A stretch of DNA of 64,000 nt. Origin: a virus. The position numbers and the translations under genes are program-made. Where the stretch lies: the IMG/VR virus record IMGVR_UViG_3300017917_004390, positions 1-64,000 of that record, one strand, 5' to 3'. Positions 9,592-19,113 of this stretch are shown here, one piece after another. The notes beneath the pieces are model-generated. The model made no database searches, was not told the origin of the DNA, and worked only from the letters and a program-made list of their open reading frames with translations. The stretch's first letter is position 1, and each line of letters starts with the position of its first letter.

Positions 9592-12159
9592 TTACTTAAA
9601 TGTTAATTTAGTATTATTATCTAAATCTTTTTCGGCTACTAAAAGAAAATCGGGTTCAATTAATTCACTATGAGCGTGTTCAATAATAATTACTTTATCA
9701 ATATACCGTCTAAGTTGTCTCATTAAACCAACAAATAAACCAGCATTTTTTTCTGAAAGTTTACCAAATAATTCATCTAATAACAATATGTTTGGTTTAG
9801 AATTACGATTTAACATTCTAAGTGCTAATCTAAGTGCTATACTACTAAACACTCTTTCCATACCTGAGCCTGATTTAACATCCATTAAAATATCTGGTGC
9901 ATATTTTTTAATCATCTTAAATTCTAAATCATCATTAAGATATACATCAAAATCAACGTCAATTAAATATTCACTTAAAACATTATTAATAGTAAAAAGT
10001 CGCTGTTTAAGTATTAAACTTGGAAGTCCTTCTCTATGTAGGATTTTTTCATAAAAATCACGTATTAATTCCTCATTTTGTTGTTTTTCAAACTTTTCAA
10101 TAGTTTCATTTTTTTGTTTAATACTTTGTTGTTCATTGACAATGTAAGTATTTTTTAATGATAATCTGCGCTCATTTTTACTATTTTTTTGTGTTAACAA
10201 CTCATTGATTCTGGCATCAATTTTTTGTAATTTAATATCTATTTTATCATTTTCTTCTTTATTTTGAAGATTTCTTTCATAATCAGTAATCCTTTTGTTT
10301 TCTAAATCTATTCTTAATTCAATATTTTCAATATCAGTTGGTTTATTTTCTAAATCTTTAATAAGAAGATTTTTCTCATTAATTTTTTCTTTTATATTAT
10401 CAAATTCATGAAGTTTATGATTGATAGTCTCAAAATCAAGTTGTTTTTTAATTATTTCAGCTTCAATAATAGAGATTTTCTCTTTGTTTTTTTCAATTTC
10501 ACTATTATATTCAGTAATTTTAGTTTGATATTGAGTAATTTGGTTATTTATCTTATCTAATTTATCTTTATAATTAAAATTAAATTTTAAACTACTGATT
10601 TCATGTTCTAATCCATTAATATTTAATCTAATATTACGAATTGTTTTTTCAATTTCTGAAATAGCATCTTTATTTTTAAGTTGTTTACAAGTTGGACATA
10701 CTTTACTATTTTCAAACTGAGCAATTTCTTTTTCTTTTATTTCAATTTGACTTTGAATGCGTTTTATTTCGGCTTCAAGCTCATTATCAAGAAATTTAAT
10801 ATTTCTTTCTTCTAATGAAATTAAACCATTAGTTTTAGAGATATCATTGAGTAATTGTTCATTTTCTAATTGTATTTTTTTGATTTCATGTTTTTTATTT
10901 GACATCAAATCTTTAAAAGTGTTAAATTCATTTAAAACTAAATCATATGATTCTTTATTAAATACATACTTTTCTAACCCCGCAATTTTTTCTTTTAGAG
11001 TTTCAATTTCATGTTCTTTATTTTTCTTTTTTTCTATTAAATTTAATATATTCGTTTTAATATCATTAACATTAGTATTTAAAAGAACTAAATCTACATC
11101 TTTTTTAGTGGATAATACTTCATCTCTATAAGAATTACCCTTGCTTAACGAATCATCTAAATTTTTAATCTCAGACTCTATTGTTTGAATTTCTTTTTCA
11201 TATTCAATAATATTTAATTTATGTGTTTCAATTTGATTTTGATAATCAAGTACATCAATTTTTAATTGGGTTTCCTTCTTATATTCATCTTTTTTCCACT
11301 TTTTAAATCTTTCTAATTTCTTCTCAAACATATCTAAACCAGAATCTTTTAATATAGCAGTTAAAAATTCAGCCCTATCCATAGATAATATATCGTTAAG
11401 ATTATCAGCATTAATTAATGATAATCTAAGAAAATCTTTAAATTCACCTACAATATTCTTAAGATATTCTTGTGTTTTATTTTTATCTTGGTCAGTTTCT
11501 TGATTGAGGATATTACCTAGTTCATCAACTAAATCATATTTAACTGTGGTTGAACATGATGTGATGGATGTTTTTTTTCTATCCCATTTTCTTTCAGTCC
11601 TTCTGGTAATACAATATTGTTTACCTTCAACTGAAATAAAAATCTTAACTTGGCAATAATCTAAATTCCTATTAAAATTGATGAATTTATTATCTCTATT
11701 GGATTCTCTATCAATAGTATCTAATGTTCTACCTTGTAGTCCATAAGTTATAGAATTTAAAATATTTGAGTTATGTGAAATAATTTCATCATTAACAAAA
11801 AATTCTGGATTACCTTCTACTTGAATATCATATAAATCAATTTTTTCGTTATTAACATATACAGTTTTAGGTGTTTTAAGACCATTCCTAGTTAAAACTG
11901 GTGTATTGTTCTTTAGTACATTCAACGCACTAGTATATACCTTGGTACCATCGCCACTATCAGTTTTAAAATAATGATTTTCACTTGAAGTGACTGAGTT
12001 ATCATCAAATTCAATTGTTATGGTTTCACTATCTTTAGCTGTTATATCAACTGATTTAATTTTTTGATAACCATTAGGAGTTTCAATTTCAATATCTAAG
12101 TCAGGATTATTTTTAAAAAGTTCATATAAACTTTTAAGGTCAATATTTTGTTCTGTCAT
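9592..12159 (-). CDS. sbcC: Split-intein C-fragment (aa 1-130) fused to the C-terminal part of an SbcC/Rad50 (gp46-like) ATPase
   Basis: aa 1-130 carry intein blocks B (SSENHYF), F (DLYDIQVEG) and G (ISHN|S); then coiled coil, CPTC zinc hook, SGSGME signature, LLLDE Walker B and IIEH; no complete Walker A in this ORF. Confidence 0.92.
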   Translation of the reverse strand: MTEQNIDLKSLYELFKNNPDLDIEIETPNGYQKIKSVDITAKDSETITIEFDDNSVTSSENHYFKTDSGDGTKVYTSALNVLKNNTPVLTRNGLKTPKTVYVNNEKIDLYDIQVEGNPEFFVNDEIISHNSNILNSITYGLQGRTLDTIDRESNRDNKFINFNRNLDYCQVKIFISVEGKQYCITRRTERKWDRKKTSITSCSTTVKYDLVDELGNILNQETDQDKNKTQEYLKNIVGEFKDFLRLSLINADNLNDILSMDRAEFLTAILKDSGLDMFEKKLERFKKWKKDEYKKETQLKIDVLDYQNQIETHKLNIIEYEKEIQTIESEIKNLDDSLSKGNSYRDEVLSTKKDVDLVLLNTNVNDIKTNILNLIEKKKNKEHEIETLKEKIAGLEKYVFNKESYDLVLNEFNTFKDLMSNKKHEIKKIQLENEQLLNDISKTNGLISLEERNIKFLDNELEAEIKRIQSQIEIKEKEIAQFENSKVCPTCKQLKNKDAISEIEKTIRNIRLNINGLEHEISSLKFNFNYKDKLDKINNQITQYQTKITEYNSEIEKNKEKISIIEAEIIKKQLDFETINHKLHEFDNIKEKINEKNLLIKDLENKPTDIENIELRIDLENKRITDYERNLQNKEENDKIDIKLQKIDARINELLTQKNSKNERRLSLKNTYIVNEQQSIKQKNETIEKFEKQQNEELIRDFYEKILHREGLPSLILKQRLFTINNVLSEYLIDVDFDVYLNDDLEFKMIKKYAPDILMDVKSGSGMERVFSSIALRLALRMLNRNSKPNILLLDELFGKLSEKNAGLFVGLMRQLRRYIDKVIIIEHAHSELIEPDFLLVAEKDLDNNTKLTFK
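11770..12159 (-). other. Intein C-fragment (IntC, 130 aa, no homing endonuclease)
   Basis: Ends in His-Asn followed by Ser+1 (11767-11769); lacks block A. Confidence 0.92.
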
Positions 12160-13247
12160 TAGTAATTATATGTTAATTTTTTAATTAATTCAATAGCTTC
12201 GGTGTATGATTTTAAAATAACCCTGTTATTTTTATTCAATTTAATGATATTATTAATACCAAGAAATTTAATGAAATCTTTAATATCAATTTGTTTAATA
12301 TTTTTATCATTTAATTTAGCATAATCAAGTATTTTAGTTTCTGGTAATAAAACATCATTTTCTTTTAATAAACCATTTTGATAAATTACTTTTAATAGAT
12401 TTAAATAACGATTATATTTATTATATGAATCTGAATTATATATCTCGTTAAAAGCTTTAAAGTCAAAAGAAACTACATTATATATACCCACCATAATCAT
12501 TGTTTCAATAAACAATGTTATAAACAATAATATAAAAATATTGGAGTTTTTCTTTTCGGAAATTTTTGATAACTGAGTTAAATATTCTGTTTTAAGTGTA
12601 TTTTTTTTATCAGTATGTTCGCTATTTAATTTACTTAAACTTTGTTTGGTTAAGTCAATATCTTTATTAAGTTGATTTATAAGTTGGGTTTCTTTTTTAG
12701 TTAATACTCTAATAGTATCTGATGAATATAAATACCCATTTTGTTTTTTAATTAAGATATTTAATTGTTTAGTAAGCGTATCTACATTAGATTTATGTGT
12801 TGAATCTAACAAATATTGATTTTTTTCATAGGTGCTAACTAAATTATTTTTATTTACATCAGTATTTTCTGTAATTTCAGTTATAGATTTAATGGCTATA
12901 AATCCTGAACCTACTACTAAAAATAAAACTAAAATGATATTTAAAATATTAAATGGTTTCTTTTTGAGAATATCAAAGAAAAGATTTATAGATACCATCC
13001 TCTTGATTACTTCCCAAAATGAAAGTATTAAAATACTAATGAAACCAAAAAAAACAGATTTCAAAGGAAAATTCTGTTCAATAAAAGAATTTAATAGATA
13101 ATATACACCGAAGAATGATATTAAAATATTAATTACTTGAAAACTTATAGACTGGCTATTCCAAATAAGTCTAGTATTTTTATTACTTCTAGTGTAAGAT
13201 TTTTCTAAAATCTTGTCTTCTAAATTTTTAATTTTTTCAATTTTCAT
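12159..13247 (-). CDS. Membrane protein with coiled-coil domain
   Basis: 362 aa; three N-terminal hydrophobic segments, a coiled coil and a fourth TM segment. Confidence 0.6.
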   Translation of the reverse strand: MKIEKIKNLEDKILEKSYTRSNKNTRLIWNSQSISFQVINILISFFGVYYLLNSFIEQNFPLKSVFFGFISILILSFWEVIKRMVSINLFFDILKKKPFNILNIILVLFLVVGSGFIAIKSITEITENTDVNKNNLVSTYEKNQYLLDSTHKSNVDTLTKQLNILIKKQNGYLYSSDTIRVLTKKETQLINQLNKDIDLTKQSLSKLNSEHTDKKNTLKTEYLTQLSKISEKKNSNIFILLFITLFIETMIMVGIYNVVSFDFKAFNEIYNSDSYNKYNRYLNLLKVIYQNGLLKENDVLLPETKILDYAKLNDKNIKQIDIKDFIKFLGINNIIKLNKNNRVILKSYTEAIELIKKLTYNY

Positions 13248-13785
13248 TTGTAAAAAGTTCTGAAATAAAATTAGGTTTGTATTTATCTTCTTCTAATATA
13301 ATAGTTTTTTCACATAAATCATTGGGAAATAACTGGTTTGATGTTAATATCACATCGAACATATCTTTTAACTCGGAGTAATTTTTAATAAAGACAACCC
13401 CATCCATTATTAACCTATTATCAGTTAAATAATTGAGAGTGAACATTCTAGCAGTTTCACCTTCTTTTGAGAAAAAGTATAACTTATAATCTGATAAAAT
13501 TTCTCTAATCTGTAGATGATTTATAGCTATATTTTGTTTACGCTTTGGATTTGCGTACATAACTGATACATAATCAATAATAAAATCATTAAAAGTATAC
13601 TTTGGTTTACTATCTGAATCAATTATTAGAAATTCAGAAATGTTGAAATGCGTTACATTATTGATATTATCAAGTAGATATTGCTTAGATTCACTTTTAA
13701 TTCTTGTTTCTTTTTTATATGATTCTATAACATTAGTTTTAAAATCTCTGATTAATCCATTTATTTCTATACCAATTTTTTTCAT
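13237..13785 (-). CDS. HAD-fold 5'(3')-nucleotidase-like protein, catalytic motif degenerate
   Basis: N-terminus KKIGIEINGLIRDF resembles the HAD motif I (IGIDIDGVL.D) with DxD changed to ExN. Confidence 0.4.
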   Translation of the reverse strand: MKKIGIEINGLIRDFKTNVIESYKKETRIKSESKQYLLDNINNVTHFNISEFLIIDSDSKPKYTFNDFIIDYVSVMYANPKRKQNIAINHLQIREILSDYKLYFFSKEGETARMFTLNYLTDNRLIMDGVVFIKNYSELKDMFDVILTSNQLFPNDLCEKTIILEEDKYKPNFISELFTNEN

Positions 13786-13832
13786 CTTTTTTAGCTAATA
13801 TAACTAAAAAACGTATTTTATTAAAAAAACTT

Positions 13833-14909
13833 ATGGAAAAAAAAGAGTTATTAAAAAGTATAGTAGATAAGATTAATGACAAAAAATTTAAAATCTATAT
13901 CTACGCACCAAACTTGACTGAGGCAAGTAATATCTATTCAATGGGTGTTGTTCAATTATATACTCATTGTAAACTTTTACGTGATTCAGGTTATGATGCT
14001 TATATCTTAAAAGAGGAAGAACAAAATAAAAGGTATGTAACACCTGAATATTTAGATGAAGAATTAAAATCATTACCATCAATATCAGCCATTGAAACTC
14101 CAATTAATATTGGGCCGGAGGACTTTTTAATTGTCCCTGAATATTTTACTAACGTAATGAATGAAATTTATAATTCAAATATTCCATGTGAAAAAATAGT
14201 ATTTTGTCAGTCTGAATACTATATGCTTGATTCATTAATGATTAGCGGTTCTTGGTCTCAATTTGGGTTTAAAAATGTAATAACAACAAGTCCTGAACTA
14301 GCAAAACATATCAATAGTTTATTCTATAATTTATATGATATTAAAAATTATACAATTGGTATACCAGATTATTTTCAAAGTAATGAAGATAAGAGGTTAG
14401 TTATAGGATTTTACAGTCGTTTTGAAAAGGATATCACTAGATTTATTAAAACATTCTACCTAAAACACCCTCATTTACGTTTTATTGGTTTTGAACCTAT
14501 TAATGGTTCTGGTATGGCTGTTGAACGTGAAGTTTTTGCTAAAAAACTAAGTAAATTACCAGCCATTGTTTGGTTAGATTCTGAAACGGGTTTTGGTACT
14601 ATCCCTCTTGAAGCTTTTAAATCTGGTTCAATTTTAGTTGGTTTCCAACCAAAAATCACAAAAGAATATGTTAAAGACGGTTCAGCTGTTTGGTCTAATG
14701 ACATAAACGATTTAGCGGAACAATTGGGTCAAGTACTAAACGCTTGGTTAGAAAATAGTCCTGAATTAGTTAGTGTTTATGAAAAAATGAAAGAAATTTC
14801 AAATTCATTTACTATTGAAAGGCAAAATCAAGAATTAAAATCATCTTATGAATATTTTTTCAATAAAAGAAAAGAAGCAATTAACAATTTAATTAACACA
14901 GAAGAATAA
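13833..14909 (+). CDS. GT-B fold glycosyltransferase (GT4-like)
   Basis: 'DFLIVPE', 'ETGFGTIPLEAFKSG' donor-binding motif; paralog of 25542-26501. Confidence 0.75.
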   Translation: MEKKELLKSIVDKINDKKFKIYIYAPNLTEASNIYSMGVVQLYTHCKLLRDSGYDAYILKEEEQNKRYVTPEYLDEELKSLPSISAIETPINIGPEDFLIVPEYFTNVMNEIYNSNIPCEKIVFCQSEYYMLDSLMISGSWSQFGFKNVITTSPELAKHINSLFYNLYDIKNYTIGIPDYFQSNEDKRLVIGFYSRFEKDITRFIKTFYLKHPHLRFIGFEPINGSGMAVEREVFAKKLSKLPAIVWLDSETGFGTIPLEAFKSGSILVGFQPKITKEYVKDGSAVWSNDINDLAEQLGQVLNAWLENSPELVSVYEKMKEISNSFTIERQNQELKSSYEYFFNKRKEAINNLINTEE

Positions 14910-14911
14910 TT

Positions 14912-15757
14912 ATGGAATTAACAGTTATATTACCAATAAACGGCTTAAAAAGTCAAGAAGAAAAAACATTATTTAGTAACGCAATAGTATCTGTTTTTAA
15001 TAGCAGTACTAAACCAAAAGAATTAATGGTTGTTATTGATGAATGTCGAGAAGATTTATCTGACATTATGTTGGAAACTACTAAATTAGTTGATGCATCT
15101 GAATATAAAGGTATTAAAATTAATTTATTAGATTTTAAAGGCGAAAATCATAACATTCAAGCTTCAATTAATTTTGGTGTGAAAAATTGTACAACAGAAT
15201 ATTTCACTATTTTAGGTTTTGATGATTCATTAACTAATTATTGGTTAAGTGAAGTGGAGAAAATTAAAGAAATTAAAGATGAACAAACCGTATTTCTGCC
15301 ATTAGTAGGTGATATGGTTGATGGAAATAATTTTTTACGCTTTGTTAATGAAACTGCATGGTCTTTAGGTTTTGAATCACATGAAGATGGTTTTGTTAAC
15401 TTTGCTTTACTTAACAACCCACAAATATTACCTGAAATGTTTACTATCTATGGTATAGTAATGCGAAAAGAAGATTTTATCAATCATGGAGGTCTTAAAG
15501 AATCTATGAAATACGCTTATTTTTATGAATTTTTACTTAGAATTACAAATAAAGATTTAAAACCATATTTAATACCGAAAATTGGTTATCTACATCTATG
15601 TAATAGAGAAAATTCAATATCTCACATGATTAGTAAAATGAGTGAAGATGAATTAAGGTGGTGGATAAATACTTCCAAAAAAGAATGTTATCATACAAAA
15701 GATAGGAACAAACAATATGTACCTTCAGTAACTACTACTGAGCAACCTATACTATAA
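14912..15757 (+). CDS. GT2-like (GT-A) glycosyltransferase
   Basis: 'LTVILP', 'INFGVKNCTTEYFTILGFDD', 'YEFLLR' pattern. Confidence 0.7.
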   Translation: MELTVILPINGLKSQEEKTLFSNAIVSVFNSSTKPKELMVVIDECREDLSDIMLETTKLVDASEYKGIKINLLDFKGENHNIQASINFGVKNCTTEYFTILGFDDSLTNYWLSEVEKIKEIKDEQTVFLPLVGDMVDGNNFLRFVNETAWSLGFESHEDGFVNFALLNNPQILPEMFTIYGIVMRKEDFINHGGLKESMKYAYFYEFLLRITNKDLKPYLIPKIGYLHLCNRENSISHMISKMSEDELRWWINTSKKECYHTKDRNKQYVPSVTTTEQPIL

Positions 15758-15779
15758 TTTTATTTAATAATTAGTATGA

Positions 15780-16580
15780 ATGGTCGTTGTAGAAAAAAAG
15801 AAAAGAGGTAGAAAACCTAAAAACAATGATAAGAGGTATTTTGATGAAGAAGTGGAAAAGGCTATTATTTTATATAATAGCCAATACACTTCGGACGAAG
15901 AAAGGACTAGATTATATGAAAAAATTATACACGGTCCTTTAAAAAAAATAGCGTCCATACAAGCAAGAACTTTTCATTATTATTTCACTGAAAGAGTGAC
16001 TATTGATGATATGATTGATGATGCTGTAATACATTTATATAACAATCTAGCATATTTTAAACCTGATGCTGTTAATAAAAATGGAGACCCTGTAAAAGCA
16101 TTTTCATATTTTTCGACTATATGTAAAAACCACTTAAAAAAACTAAGTGAAGAATCATATAATCATGATAAAAATAACGATTCTGTTGATATCTATTATA
16201 GTATGTTTGACCAAGATGTTAAACACAGTTATGAATTAGATATTGATAATGGTATTTCAAAAAATGATATGTTTTTTAGTAAGATAGCAAAAAATATGAT
16301 TGAAAAAATAAATCAACAATTGAATACTGGTAAATCTGTTAAAGAAAATGATTATAAAGTTGGTAGAGCTTTAATCACTATATTTGAAAATATTGGGGTT
16401 TTATATGAGCCGTCCGAAGAAGATTTCAGCAATCATTATATGAGAAAGAAAATAATTGAAATTATAAAAGAAATTACAGGTATTAAAACCAATAAAGAAG
16501 TTAATAACTCTTTAAAAACTTTCAAATCGTTATACTTCATTAGTAAAAATGAAAATAGTGATATTCTGGATAATGATTAA
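15780..16580 (+). CDS. Phage sigma factor, T4 gp55-like (late transcription)
   Basis: Basic N-terminus with 'RYF', 'DDMIDDAVIHL..F.P' and 'KAFSYFSTICKNHL', matching the gp55/sigma region 2 pattern. Confidence 0.7.
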   Translation: MVVVEKKKRGRKPKNNDKRYFDEEVEKAIILYNSQYTSDEERTRLYEKIIHGPLKKIASIQARTFHYYFTERVTIDDMIDDAVIHLYNNLAYFKPDAVNKNGDPVKAFSYFSTICKNHLKKLSEESYNHDKNNDSVDIYYSMFDQDVKHSYELDIDNGISKNDMFFSKIAKNMIEKINQQLNTGKSVKENDYKVGRALITIFENIGVLYEPSEEDFSNHYMRKKIIEIIKEITGIKTNKEVNNSLKTFKSLYFISKNENSDILDND

Positions 16581-16651
16581 CAATTGCAATCTTTATCAAC
16601 CTTTTTAGGATTTATCCTAACAAATAAACTAAAAATATAAACTAAGAATAT

Positions 16652-16677
16652 AAGCACCTGTATTAAGGTGCTTTTTT
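16652..16677 (+). terminator. Rho-independent terminator after the sigma gene
   Basis: AAGCACCT-gtatta-AGGTGCTT hairpin followed by a T run. Confidence 0.75.
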
Positions 16678-16745
16678 CATTGAAAAAATAACTATATATT
16701 ATATAGAGTAGATAAAATAATAAAGTTCTTTTAAGTAAAAATAAC

Positions 16746-17039
16746 ATGATAGATATAACAGATTATATAAATGATAATAATTTTAATTTGATACCTTTTA
16801 TCAAAATACCTATCAGTAATAGTGATTTATATGTAGAATATACACAATTTGATAGGCTTGATAAAATTTCTAATGATAATTATTCTACACCATTATATAG
16901 TAAATTAATATTGATGGCCAATCCAAGTTTTAAAAAAGAGTCAGATATAACACCCGGTAGTGTAATAAGAGTTCCTTTCCCTCTTGATAGTGCTAGACAA
17001 AGAGTTATTAACAGTATAGAATTATTAAAAAAATTCTAA
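16746..17039 (+). CDS. LysM/gp53/tail-X-like baseplate protein
   Basis: 'DRLDKIS...Y..P.Y..LILMANP......I.PG..IRVP' motif. Confidence 0.75.
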   Translation: MIDITDYINDNNFNLIPFIKIPISNSDLYVEYTQFDRLDKISNDNYSTPLYSKLILMANPSFKKESDITPGSVIRVPFPLDSARQRVINSIELLKKF

Positions 17040-17215
17040 CCATTAATTATCAATGTATAATTTTTTATCAATACATCAATAATTTTAGAATATATCTTGG
17101 AAGTATTAAAATTATAATAAGCATTTCTACTCATAACCAAATTTTTAATTTTCCTTTTTGGTAAAAATATATTAATATTTTTTAATTGTAAATCTCTATC
17201 TGATAATATCAACAT
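17036..17215 (-). CDS. Small hypothetical protein
   Basis: ATG 4 nt after the upstream stop; fills the gap to the convergent gene. Confidence 0.35.
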   Translation of the reverse strand: MLILSDRDLQLKNINIFLPKRKIKNLVMSRNAYYNFNTSKIYSKIIDVLIKNYTLIING

Positions 17216-17219
17216 ATTT

Positions 17220-18527
17220 TTATCTTTCAGATAAACCATATCTAATTTTTACTCTTGTTGAAGGGTGTAAACATTTACCTGCTTGATTTTCGCCTGATAT
17301 CTGTATAATACCATTTTTATCTGATAAATCTAACTCAAATTCTTCTCCATTTGATTTAAAATTATCAATAACTAATTTATCAATACTATAACTAACATCA
17401 CCTACATTAGTTGTTTCCATTTCAGTTAATTCAGTAATTTTCTTATCTAATAAAAGTATGTCGTTAATTAATTTTTCAGGACATTTATTATCTTGAAGGA
17501 ATTTAATCATTAATTTTTCAACCTCAACAGTATCTTGTAAATCTATTAAAGATGCTTCATCTTCAATTTTACTGTTTTTACTTAATAATTTAGTTTCATC
17601 AAATTTAACATCAGTAATATTAAAAGTATCTTTAAAATATTTAATAATTTTCTTTTTATTTTCAACGGTAGCATTAACTTTATAATCCAACCATCTAATC
17701 ATTATATAATTGTAAACACCTAATTCATCAAAACTAATAGTTATATCATCATAATCAAAATCAGGTTCAATTTTTACGTTAAAATACTTATAATCACTTT
17801 TAATTTCAATCGGTTCTAAATCCATAAGACTTAAATCCCATATTACATACCCATGAAATGAATTATTACCTTCGGAATATTTGGTGCAGTATAATGATGA
17901 TGGATAACAAAAGAAAGGCTTTTTATTCTTATATTCTACTTGAAATAAATGTATATCGCCAGCCATTACTATATCACCTTTGAAATCACTTAATGATACA
18001 GCATCACCATTCTCATAGATACTTCCTGTTTCAAGACTGCAACCTTGTATTGGGTCATGAAATATGTCAATATATGTTTTATTAGGGTCTCTTTCTTGTG
18101 TGAAATCTAACCAAGGACTTTTTCTGTCTGGATGATACCAACAAGCAAATACTAAATTGCCCATTTCATACATCTTAGTTTGATTGAGATAATGAATTTT
18201 AGGATTCTTCATTATATCAACTAAGTTTTTAATTGATGAATGTCTTTGAAGGTTTAACTTCATCAAATCGTGATTACCATCGGTAATAACAACTTCAGCT
18301 ATTTCAGTTAATTTATATAAAAAATCAGCAGCTAAGGCTCTAACTTCATTAAATGGTCTTACATAATCATGGAACAAATCACCTGATATAACTATTAAAT
18401 CAGGTGATTGTTCTTTAATTGATTCTACCGTTTTGTCAGCTACGTGTTTTTGTTCTGTTAAACGACTTAAATTGTTCATAAAATGAACATCAGCCATATG
18501 AGCTATTCTAGTATATTTTTTTTCCAT
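17220..18527 (-). CDS. sbcD: SbcD/Mre11 (gp47-like) nuclease fused to the SbcC N-terminus (to the Walker A Lys) and a 17-aa intein N-fragment
   Basis: ADVH, SGDLFH, GNHD, FH and GDIH phosphoesterase motifs; then 'IDKLVIDNFKS...IIQISGENQAGK' followed by 'CLHPSTRVKIRYGLSER*'. Confidence 0.92.
   Translation of the reverse strand: MEKKYTRIAHMADVHFMNNLSRLTEQKHVADKTVESIKEQSPDLIVISGDLFHDYVRPFNEVRALAADFLYKLTEIAEVVITDGNHDLMKLNLQRHSSIKNLVDIMKNPKIHYLNQTKMYEMGNLVFACWYHPDRKSPWLDFTQERDPNKTYIDIFHDPIQGCSLETGSIYENGDAVSLSDFKGDIVMAGDIHLFQVEYKNKKPFFCYPSSLYCTKYSEGNNSFHGYVIWDLSLMDLEPIEIKSDYKYFNVKIEPDFDYDDITISFDELGVYNYIMIRWLDYKVNATVENKKKIIKYFKDTFNITDVKFDETKLLSKNSKIEDEASLIDLQDTVEVEKLMIKFLQDNKCPEKLINDILLLDKKITELTEMETTNVGDVSYSIDKLVIDNFKSNGEEFELDLSDKNGIIQISGENQAGKCLHPSTRVKIRYGLSER
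17223..17273 (-). other. Intein N-fragment (IntN, 17 aa)
   Basis: Block A 'CLHPSTRV' directly after Walker A GK, then a stop codon. Confidence 0.9.
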
Positions 18528-18727
18528 TAAGCTAGTTTAATAATATTATCTAAATTTAAACCATCAAGATTGATATTGAGATTGACTGACTTTTGTATTC
18601 TGCCTATATATAATAGATATACACGAAAGAAATCTAATTCGTCAGCTGTCATATCCGATAACAATATATTAAATTTGCTATTCTCATTCAAAGGGGTATC
18701 ACCGCTTTTAGTAATTTTAAATTCCAT
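18527..18727 (-). CDS. Hypothetical protein
   Basis: 66 aa; stop overlaps the sbcD start; preceded by a TATATTAG motif. Confidence 0.55.
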   Translation of the reverse strand: MEFKITKSGDTPLNENSKFNILLSDMTADELDFFRVYLLYIGRIQKSVNLNINLDGLNLDNIIKLA

Positions 18728-18759
18728 AACTTTATTATTTTTAACTAATATACATTTTT

Positions 18760-19107
18760 TTAATTAAAACCTTTATAATGTTTAACAGAATCTTCAACCA
18801 AAGACCTGCCATTTACAATAGCACTATCAACCATTCTATTAATAGCTTGGACATACTTGGGTCTTTTCTGCTTAAAACAAATATCAATTTTTCGTTTTAC
18901 ATCCGCTAATACAGCATCATTATCAGTAGTTTTATATGAATCTTCCAAATACCACATTCTACAATGTAGAATACATAGTTTTTCAATGACTTCGCCTAGA
19001 TTATCAGTTTCAATTAAATCTTCCGGTAATTCTACTTTTTTATTTTTGTCTAGTAACTGTTTTACTATATTTCTAATATGTTCATCAAGTTGTTCTCCAA
19101 TATTCAT
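18760..19107 (-). CDS. DUF4254-like helical protein at the end of the glycosylation operon
   Basis: 'LCILHCRMWYLED ... ADVKRKID...QKR..YVQAI' pattern. Confidence 0.5.
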   Translation of the reverse strand: MNIGEQLDEHIRNIVKQLLDKNKKVELPEDLIETDNLGEVIEKLCILHCRMWYLEDSYKTTDNDAVLADVKRKIDICFKQKRPKYVQAINRMVDSAIVNGRSLVEDSVKHYKGFN

Positions 19108-19113
19108 TATATT

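Noticed and set aside
17036-17239. Frameshifted continuation of the intein N-fragment
   Set aside because: No intein motifs; the missing blocks B, F and G are all at the start of ORF 9592-12159.
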